Shown: in pieces, positions 19,053-26,628 of the stretch
How the letters are laid out: each line of letters starts with the position of its first letter
How positions within the stretch are numbered: the stretch's first letter is position 1
Assembly (NCBI GenBank): GCA_041695225.1
Contig: JBGFRI010000050.1
Coordinates: forward strand, 1-57,285
Length of the DNA stretch: 57,285 bases
Origin: Deinococcota bacterium
GTDB taxonomy: Bacteria > Deinococcota > Deinococci > Deinococcales > Thermaceae
Direction: 5' to 3'
Translations under genes and position numbers: made by a program
The notes under the pieces: model-generated
Seen by the model: only the letters and a program-made list of their open reading frames with translations
Databases searched by the model: none
Told to the model about the DNA's origin: nothing

Positions 19053-19450
19053 CGTAAGTTGTTGTGGCACAGGCATACAATACCAAAAGGCAGATAGTTG
19101 TTCTCCTCATTTCTGTAGTACAAACCGTACGCCATGTGCATGGTGTGGGAGAGACATACACCCCATCAAAGCGAGTAAAACACGCACCATCGGGTCCAGC
19201 GGTGTTCACACCTGCTCCTGGTTCACACCCGCTCCTTGAGGAATAATGGAGGAAATTCCGTTGCCATCGGAGTTCTGCGCCATCCCATACGACCCAGCAC
19301 CATAAATACCACCACCAACCGGGCTGCTTTTATTGTCCTCCCTCCATGCGCTTCCGGATGTTTATAATCAACCCTTCCTCGTCTACCGGGCCAGCCTGTG
19401 CTTTCCCCACAGGACCCAGCTACCGCTTCAGAGGCCGCTTGAAGTGCAGT

Positions 19451-20695
19451 TCAAGCACTCTGAGCAGCCTCCTCTTTCACCTCGGGATGAAAACTGCGCC
19501 GCACGCTCGGCCGCAGCCAGACCAGCGATGCCAGCGCCGTCAGGACGAACATGCCGATGAAGATCTCCGAGACCGAGACTACCGCCAGCAGCAAACCGGC
19601 CAGGGCGTAGCCAGCAGGCATGGCTCCTTCGCCCAGGGCCGACATCACGCCTACCGTACGACCCATCAGCTCCCTGGGCACGTTCCTTTGAACGACGGTG
19701 CTGAGTTGCACGCCCATCATCGCTCCGCACATGCCGGCAAATGAGATGGCTGCCATGGCGAGCCAGAGGTCGTGCGAGAAGGCCATGACCAGCATGGCCA
19801 AGGCCATACCCATAGTTCCGCCAACCAACATCCGCAGCGGCCGCTTGACGCTGACCAGGTTCATCAGACCGAGGCCGAGGATATTTCCGGCGACAATAGC
19901 CGCCGCCAGGCTGCCAAAACCCTGCGGTCCGGCGCCAAGCTGTTCGGCGTAGGGGGCCAGGATGACGGCAAGCGGTGAGAGGATGAAGTTGAGCAAAGTA
20001 GCGGTGAGCACCAGTGATAAGAGCAGCGGCGTCCGCCCCAGCAGCCGAAAGCCTTCTAACAGGAAGGCTCGTTTCTGGGTGCCTTGGCTGGCCGCTGCTT
20101 CCGGTGCTGCTGCCTCCGAGACAGCCGGCTCTTTGAGAAAGAGCATGACCACCACGCTAATCAGCAGCGAGCCGACGCCGATGAAGATAGCCGCCGCTAC
20201 ACCTAGCGCCGCGGTGACTATACCGGCAATGGCAAACGCCGACAGGCGAGCGAACTGCGCCACCAGTCCGATGGTAGCGTTGCCACGCTGATACTGCTCT
20301 TGGGCCAAGAGCAGCGGAAGGAGCGCGCTCAGGCTGGGTTCGCGAGCAGCGCTAGCGAGGCTGCTGCCAATCAAAAAGCCCAAGACCCAGTAGAAGTTGG
20401 CCAGCCCGGTATAGATCAGCACGCCTACTACGGCGGCGAGGGTCAGACCCAGCAGGTTGGAGCTGATAATGACATATTTCTTGCGCCAGCGGTCGGCTAG
20501 CACGCCGCCCCAGGGCGCCGCTACCAGATAGCTCAGGCTGCCGGCCAGGGCAGCGACCGCCACCAGACTGGGCGACTCGGCAATGGTTAAGATCCACCAA
20601 AAGAGCGGGATGGTAAAGAACCCCAGCGATAGCTCGTCGATAAAGCGGGCGACGAAGAGAATCCGAAAGTTTGGGTTATGGATGGGGTGTTTCAT
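19451..20695 (-). CDS. MFS transporter, putative RiPP exporter
   Basis: About 12 TM; APWGGVLADRWRKK; start overlaps upstream stop. Confidence 0.92.
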   Translation of the reverse strand: MKHPIHNPNFRILFVARFIDELSLGFFTIPLFWWILTIAESPSLVAVAALAGSLSYLVAAPWGGVLADRWRKKYVIISSNLLGLTLAAVVGVLIYTGLANFYWVLGFLIGSSLASAAREPSLSALLPLLLAQEQYQRGNATIGLVAQFARLSAFAIAGIVTAALGVAAAIFIGVGSLLISVVVMLFLKEPAVSEAAAPEAAASQGTQKRAFLLEGFRLLGRTPLLLSLVLTATLLNFILSPLAVILAPYAEQLGAGPQGFGSLAAAIVAGNILGLGLMNLVSVKRPLRMLVGGTMGMALAMLVMAFSHDLWLAMAAISFAGMCGAMMGVQLSTVVQRNVPRELMGRTVGVMSALGEGAMPAGYALAGLLLAVVSVSEIFIGMFVLTALASLVWLRPSVRRSFHPEVKEEAAQSA

Positions 20696-21165
20696 GGCTC
20701 GAGCCAGCCCGCTACAAAGACGCTAAACTTCGCGTTGCCGTCAGGCGTGTTGGCGCGCTCGGTCTCATCCCGAAGTGCGTGCAGTTTCTGAAGGATTTCA
20801 TGCGCCACGGGCCGGGCCAGGCGGACTGCGGCTAGCTCTGCAACGTAGGGCAGTTCGACGAGCTTTGCCTGTCTGATACCTCGATCCACCTGATGGAGGC
20901 AGAGCTGCAAGGCGTTTTCATCGTACAACTCGATTGCTCCTTCCGGGAGGCGGTAGCGGCGCTCCGCCCAGCCACCGATCTGCTCCACGCCGCATTCTAC
21001 GACCAGACCCCTGGCAACGAGCTTATTGAGATCATAAGCCACGCGGGCCAGCGGCCGATTTTGCCGAGTAGCGATACCCCGCGCTGTGGTGGGGCCGTCG
21101 AGCAAAGACGTAAAGGTGGCCCACAGGCTCTCTTCGATCTGCAAATCCTTGACTGCGGTGTTCAC
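20692..21165 (-). CDS. Winged-helix (ArsR-like) protein
   Basis: LLDGPTTARGIA..VAYDLNKLVARGLV..ERRYRL. Confidence 0.75.
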   Translation of the reverse strand: MNTAVKDLQIEESLWATFTSLLDGPTTARGIATRQNRPLARVAYDLNKLVARGLVVECGVEQIGGWAERRYRLPEGAIELYDENALQLCLHQVDRGIRQAKLVELPYVAELAAVRLARPVAHEILQKLHALRDETERANTPDGNAKFSVFVAGWLEP

Positions 21166-22409
21166 GGCTTTACCTCCAGAAGTTGCGTCAACTCGTTCTC
21201 ATCGATACCCACGCCGACAAGGGCCATTCGCTGCGGATCCAGACCGGCGGCGCCGCGCGTAATGTCTGCGGGAGTAACGTTTTTGTAGGCGATAGCTGCA
21301 CGCGAGGGGTAGTACATCTCCCCCGCCAACCAGTGAAGCCCGAGCCTATGCGCCAGGCCGGGGCCTTCCGCCTCTTGAAGCGCATTGAGGGCCAGCCCTT
21401 CTCCAGCCGTAGCAACTTCGTCAGGCTGTATCGCATGTGTCTTGAGGCCGTCAATGATCTCCAGGAGACACCGAAAGGCGGCGCCGAGCCTTTCTCTAGC
21501 CAGGTCAGCAAACAAAACGATGTAGCCACTTCGGTGCCAATGAACGGAGCCACCACCTACCCCGTAAGCAAGCCCGCGCTCTTCGCGGAGCTTACGAAAC
21601 ACGCGCGACCCCAATCCGTGACTGAGAATACTGGCAACGACTTCTGCTGCATGACGGGCAGGATCGGTGAGAGATGGAGCGGGGAAGGCCAGGTATAAAC
21701 TGACTCTGCTGCCGCTTCCCGGAATAGCTACCATCTTGGGCATAACCTCGACGGGAGGCGGTTCGAGATTGCGGAACGGCGCATCCCAAGTCCCAAAAAT
21801 ATCTGCGATGAGTGTTGTCACATCGTTCATTACGCGGCCTGTCAATACCAGGCGCACGCGGCCAGGCACTAGCACACGGCTTAATGTCTCGCGAAGCTGG
21901 GCTAGCTCAAGCTTTGCGACGGTTTCGGGTTTGCCCAGGATCGGCAAGCCATAAGGAGGAGCGTAGAGCGCTTCCTCGACAAGGCTCCACAAGAACTCCG
22001 GTCTTGAACGTTTGCGCGCGATTTCATCAAGGACAATCTGACGCTCATGCAAAAGCGCATCTTTATTGAGGGGCGGCTTCTCAAGGAGTCGGCGCACAAA
22101 CGTCAGTGCCTGTCGTAGCCCTTCGGGTGAAAAGGAAAAGCCGATCCGGGTGTACTCCTTGCCGGTCCACGCTGCAAACCGAGCCCCTTGCCTTTTAAGC
22201 GGTTCCCACTGCATCGCCAGATGCCTTGGGAATCGGTTTAGATTGAAGATCACATGTTCGATGAGATGGCTGATGCCGTTGTGTTCGGGCCTTTCATCCT
22301 TCACTCCGTGGTCGATATAGACAGCAAGATGGGTGAGCCTGGCACCTGGGCGGGCGGCTACTAAAAAGCCGAGGTGGTTTTCGAGGTAGCCTGCGGTGTA
22401 GACGTCCAC
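21162..22409 (-). CDS. M16 (pitrilysin) family zinc peptidase
   Basis: Inverted zincin motif GISHLIEH, ERQIVLDEI, SRVFRKLREERGLAY. Confidence 0.92.
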   Translation of the reverse strand: MDVYTAGYLENHLGFLVAARPGARLTHLAVYIDHGVKDERPEHNGISHLIEHVIFNLNRFPRHLAMQWEPLKRQGARFAAWTGKEYTRIGFSFSPEGLRQALTFVRRLLEKPPLNKDALLHERQIVLDEIARKRSRPEFLWSLVEEALYAPPYGLPILGKPETVAKLELAQLRETLSRVLVPGRVRLVLTGRVMNDVTTLIADIFGTWDAPFRNLEPPPVEVMPKMVAIPGSGSRVSLYLAFPAPSLTDPARHAAEVVASILSHGLGSRVFRKLREERGLAYGVGGGSVHWHRSGYIVLFADLARERLGAAFRCLLEIIDGLKTHAIQPDEVATAGEGLALNALQEAEGPGLAHRLGLHWLAGEMYYPSRAAIAYKNVTPADITRGAAGLDPQRMALVGVGIDENELTQLLEVKP

Positions 22410-22430
22410 TTAGGTAACGCTAAAGCCTAT

Positions 22431-22475
22431 AGGTTGCCAGAAGGTTGCTTCAGTCAGGCAACCTTCTGGCAACGG
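22431..22475. promoter_or_regulatory. Divergent promoter operator: two inverted tandem GCAACC pairs
   Basis: Perfect 16-bp IR gttgccagaaggttgc / gcaaccttctggcaac; each arm is an 11-bp-period direct repeat. Confidence 0.7.
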
Positions 22476-22517
22476 TTAGCTGATGTACTGGCGCTGATGG
22501 AAGGAGGTGATTCCAAA

Positions 22518-22733
22518 GTGTCCGCAAGTAACCAAGAGGACCCGAAGCGGCAGGTACATCCAGGTGTAGCGAGCAACCGTAGCGTACGGATCAACAAGAA
22601 TGCCATTCAGGTCGAGGGTGACCGGGTGGTAGTCAAGGATCCGGCCCTGGCGAAGATACTCCAGGAAGAGCATAGCGATAGCGGAGAAGAGGGCATCTCG
22701 ATAATTATCGGGTTCCCACTAACGCCAAGATGA
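22518..22733 (+). CDS. Putative RiPP precursor peptide 1 (71 aa)
   Basis: RBS AAGGAGGTGA then GTG; MSASNQ..KNAIQVEGDRVVVKDPALAKIL..SGEEG-ISIIIGFPLTPR. Confidence 0.75.
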   Translation: MSASNQEDPKRQVHPGVASNRSVRINKNAIQVEGDRVVVKDPALAKILQEEHSDSGEEGISIIIGFPLTPR

Positions 22734-22785
22734 GGTGCTCAGGTTTTTCGGAGGTCTTTCAACACGGTGAGAAAGGAGGTAGATA

Positions 22786-22968
22786 ATGTCAGAGGAATTC
22801 AAGAACAAGCAGGTGAAGAGCATCAAGGACGCGTTTCGTTTGACCGAGGATGGCAAGGTCGTTATCGATGATGAGGGGTTAAGCGAAGCGATTCGTTACG
22901 CGGAGTCTCCGCAAGGTCAAGAAGAGGGTTGTTGCCCAATTCCTATCCCTATTCCCGTAAAGGCCTGA
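22786..22968 (+). CDS. Putative RiPP precursor peptide 2 (60 aa)
   Basis: RBS AAAGGAGGT; ..KDAFRLTEDGKVVIDDEGLSEAI..GQEEG-CCPIPIPIPVKA. Confidence 0.8.
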   Translation: MSEEFKNKQVKSIKDAFRLTEDGKVVIDDEGLSEAIRYAESPQGQEEGCCPIPIPIPVKA

Positions 22969-23575
22969 TTTAGTGTGATGTTGAAGCCCTATCCAAGCTT
23001 TGGTTGAATAGCGTTCTAGGGTGCATCTCAATTCACAGAGATTAGCCACAAACAACAACACGATGTTAACATCCCCGCTAGGTGAGATGCACCCACAATT
23101 CGGAGCTTGATTCGCTAAGGAAGGTATCCAGATTTGTACAAACGACAGGCGAGGATACAGATGGGCGATAAACACGTGCTCCTCATAAGCATGCCTTGGG
23201 GCCCTTTGTTACAGCCATCTCTCGGCCTGAGCCTGCTTAAGAGCGCTTTCGAGCATACAGATGTCTCGGTGGCGACATGTTACTTTACCTTACCGTTTGC
23301 TGCTCGGATCGGGGTAGACCTCTACCAGGAGATTTCCCATGGGGCGCCCGGCACCCCCGACCTTTTCGGAGAATGGCTTTTCAGTGAGTCACTGTTTGGG
23401 CAACACGACGTCAAGGTCACCGAGCAGTACATTCAAGACGTGCTTTTAGGCGGATCGAAGGCCCATTATACACTTCACTGGGGCCATACCATCTCCCGGG
23501 ATAAGATAGACGAAATCCGATAATGGACCCCATAAACTGGACACGAAAACCGCAGGCTCTAAGCGACACTAGATT

Positions 23576-23869
23576 ATGAGAAAAAACCATTCAGCCAGTT
23601 TCAAAGCGCGACTTGTTTTGGAGATGCTCAGGGAGGAAAAGACTGTTTCGGAGCTGGCTTCAGCCTCTGGAGTGCACCCCGCCATGCTCCACCGCTGGAA
23701 GAAAGCTGCCCTTGAGGGGTTGCCACAGCTGTTCGACCGGGATAAGGATGCCAAGGCTGCCCATGCAGCCTATGAGCACAAGATCGAAGAACTCTACACC
23801 GAGATCGGCCGCTTGAGCACACAGCTGGCCTGGCTCAAAAAAAAAGGTCTCTGCGATGACAAGAGCTGA
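23576..23869 (+). CDS. IS3 family OrfA
   Basis: RKNHSASFKARLVLE HTH; A9G slippery site at 23837-23846. Confidence 0.9.
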   Translation: MRKNHSASFKARLVLEMLREEKTVSELASASGVHPAMLHRWKKAALEGLPQLFDRDKDAKAAHAAYEHKIEELYTEIGRLSTQLAWLKKKGLCDDKS

Positions 23870-24779
23870 ACGCCTGGCCCTGCTCGACTGGGAGGATGAG
23901 ACCATGCCCATCACCCGCCAAGCGGAGCTGTTGAACCTGAACCGTTCAGGGCTCTACTACCGCCCGCTTGCTCCATCCCCCGAGGAGATCGCCCTGAAAC
24001 ACCGCATCGACGAACTCTACACCCGTTGTCCCTTCTACGGCTCGCGCCGCATTGCTGCAACCTTACGCCGGGAGGGGTGGTGCCTGGGCCGCAAGGCGGT
24101 GCAGCGGCATATGCGCGAGATGGGTATCCAGGGGATTCATCCAGGTCCAAACCTGAGCAAACGCCGCAGCGACCACAAGGTCTATCCCTACCTGTTACGA
24201 GGCCTGGCCATCACCCTTCCGAATCAGGTCTGGGGCATCGATATCACTTATATCCGCTTAGCCAAGGGCTGGCTTTATCTGGTGGCCATCATCGACTGGT
24301 TCTCCAGATATGTCGTGACCTGGGAACTCGACGACTGTTTGGAACTCGCTTTCGTGCTGAGCGCGGTGGCTCGGTCACTGGCCCAGGCCAAACCCGAGAT
24401 TCTCAACAGCGACCAGGGCAGTCAGTTCACCAGTGACAGCTATCTCCAGCTGCTTCACCGCGCCGGGGTCAGGGTCAGCATGGATGGCAAGGGACGGGCC
24501 AGTGACAACATCTTCACCGAAAGGCTGTGGCGCAGTCTGAAATACGAGGAGGTCTACCTGCACGATTACCAATCACCCAAGGAAGCCAGAAGCGGTATCA
24601 GCAGCTATCTGGACTTCTACAACCACCAGCGGCTGCACCAGTCGCTCAACTATCAGACCCCTGCGGAGGTGTACTCTGGTTCAACCCAGCCGGTCATCCA
24701 GAACGTCCAAACCAAGCCTCATGCAATACTAATGGAAGGGAGGGAGTGTCGCTTAGACCAGGCCAGAATTCTGTCTTGA
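23856..24779 (+). CDS. IS3 family OrfB DDE transposase
   Basis: PFYGSRRI, PNQVWGIDITYI, NSDQGSQFT, DNIFTERLWRSLKYEEV. Confidence 0.94.
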   Translation: MTRAERLALLDWEDETMPITRQAELLNLNRSGLYYRPLAPSPEEIALKHRIDELYTRCPFYGSRRIAATLRREGWCLGRKAVQRHMREMGIQGIHPGPNLSKRRSDHKVYPYLLRGLAITLPNQVWGIDITYIRLAKGWLYLVAIIDWFSRYVVTWELDDCLELAFVLSAVARSLAQAKPEILNSDQGSQFTSDSYLQLLHRAGVRVSMDGKGRASDNIFTERLWRSLKYEEVYLHDYQSPKEARSGISSYLDFYNHQRLHQSLNYQTPAEVYSGSTQPVIQNVQTKPHAILMEGRECRLDQARILS

Positions 24780-26628
24780 CAGAGGGGTCCACTTAATCCT
24801 TCAAGTTCGCCACCACATCTCATCCTTCCTAGACGGTTGCCTCGGCGAGATTTTAACACGAGCACCGAAGATCATTGGTTTTACCAGTACCTTTCAACAA
24901 CACGTTGCTTCGCTTGCACTAGCTAAGCGAATCAAGGCTGCCTCACCCAAGACACTCATCGTATTTGGTGGCGCAAATTGCGAGGGCATCATGGGCGTTG
25001 AGCTGGTGCGGAGTTTCCCATTCGTCGACGTAGTCGTCTCAGGTCCCGGTGATATCGTTTTTCCAGAATTGGTAGTGAGTCTACTCAGCGGTGAGCCTTT
25101 AAGTGCTCTGGAAGATCTCCCAGGCGTCTTCACAAAAACCAATGTGGCGCGGCTTGAGCTTCTGCCAATGCGGAGCCGAGCACTAAATGCACCGCCGGTA
25201 GAAAACCTAGATGCGCTACCGATACCTGATTTCGACGATTTTTTCGAACAGTTGCGCCAGAGCGGGCTTAGCGTTCCAGATCGGGAGGTGCGCGTGCTAC
25301 TTGAAACATCACGCGGCTGTTGGTGGGGCGAGAAGCATCACTGTACCTTCTGTGGTCTGAACGGGAATACGCTGGCTTTCCGCAGCAAGTCGGCAGAGCG
25401 CGCGTTCAGCGAACTGTTGCATCTAGCCGAGCGCTACCCAGGACACCCCATATCGGTTGTCGACAACATCTTAGATATGCAGTACTTTAAGACGCTTGTC
25501 CCGAAGCTTGCCGAAAAACGGCTTGACCTCAAGCTGTTCTACGAGGTCAAGGCGAATCTATCAAAGACACAGATTCAGCTACTTAAAGAAGCCGGTATTA
25601 CCGTTGTTCAGCCGGGTATCGAGAGCTTCAGCACAAACGTTCTCAACATAATGCGTAAGGGTGTGAGCAAACTCCAGAACATTCAGACCCTCAAGTGGTG
25701 CGCCGAATGCGGTGTAATCCCGCTCTGGAACATCATCTGGGGATTTCCTGGTGAGATGCCCGAAGATTACCTGGAGATGGCAGACCTCATCCCAAACCTC
25801 ACGCACCTGCGACCTCCATCGGGACACGGGGCAATTCGTCTCGACCGCTTCAGCCCAAACTTTGACTACGCCGAGCAGTTAGGGTTCACTAGCGTCCGTC
25901 CCTTCCCATCCTCTTTTTATATTTACGCCGCTTTGCCGGAGCAGGCAGTTCGTAACCTTGCCTACTACTTCACGTTCGACTATGCCGAGCCGCGCGACGT
26001 TGACTCCTACACGGCACCGGTTGCCGAGCGTGTTGCCGAATGGCGCCAGGCATATGAGGGGAGCGCTCTCTTCCTCGTCGATAAGGGAGATGCCATTATC
26101 ATCTGTGACACGCGGCCCGGCGCCAGAGATGAGCTTACTGTCCTCCAGGGTATGATAAAGAACCTTTACATCCTGTGCGACAAGGCTCAAAGCATTCGAC
26201 AACTGCAAGAGCAACTAGCTCAAAACTTCGATGTCACCCTATCGGAGGGCGAGATCGAGCGGCTGCTGGAGCCCCTCGTCGCCCAAGGCCTGATGGTTCG
26301 AGAAAAGAGCGCCTTTCTGAGTTTGGCCATACCTATTGGTGTCTACACTCCATCAAAAAAGATTCTGGAACGCTTACGAGCCAGCCGCAACCAGCCACCT
26401 TCACCACTACTATCTGAACACCCGCCGGTGGCCACGTGAACCGAACCGATCAAAGCATCGGTGGTTATTAGGAATGTTCAATACGCTTGTGAGCAACTGG
26501 AGGTCATACAGTGAAAAGGTTTTTCTGTCTGGTGTTCATTTTGGCCCTGATTGGTATGGCAATAGCAAAAAGAGACATTCCCGGAAAAGACACCGACACT
26601 ATTTGCCTTCCGGTGACCGTCTGCCAGG

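Larger units (their letters stand above)
17594..19333 (-). pseudogene. Cys-rich, probably secreted peptide gene (copy A), split by IS5 and frameshifted at its 5' end
   Basis: Removing the IS and one target duplication gives ..CTWRTVCTTEMRRTTICLLVLYACATTTYVCTAGYVTDPRGQRVCAAALALVCVPGLVLGCESQWQRVEVCREECHR*; out-of-frame signal-like (I)KAARLVVVFMVLG after GGAGG. Confidence 0.72.
23519..24794 (+). mobile_element. IS3 family insertion sequence
   Basis: IRs TAATGGACCCC.. / ..GGGGTCCACTT; AATCC duplicated at 23514-23518 and 24795-24799. Confidence 0.92.
23161..26439 (+). pseudogene. B12-dependent RiPP maturation radical SAM C-methyltransferase-like gene (TIGR03975/PoyC-like), interrupted by IS3
   Basis: ISMPWG..PSLGLSLLK, GEWLFS, GFTSTFQQ..SLALAKRIK, FGGANCEG, ETSRGCWWGEKHHCTFCGLNG, QPGIES, LDRFSP; joining 23161-23518 to 24800-26439 gives an open 665-aa frame. 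Confidence 0.9.

Noticed and set aside
22970..23160. Third precursor peptide before the radical SAM gene
   Set aside because: Only very short plus-strand ORFs, none with the leader motif
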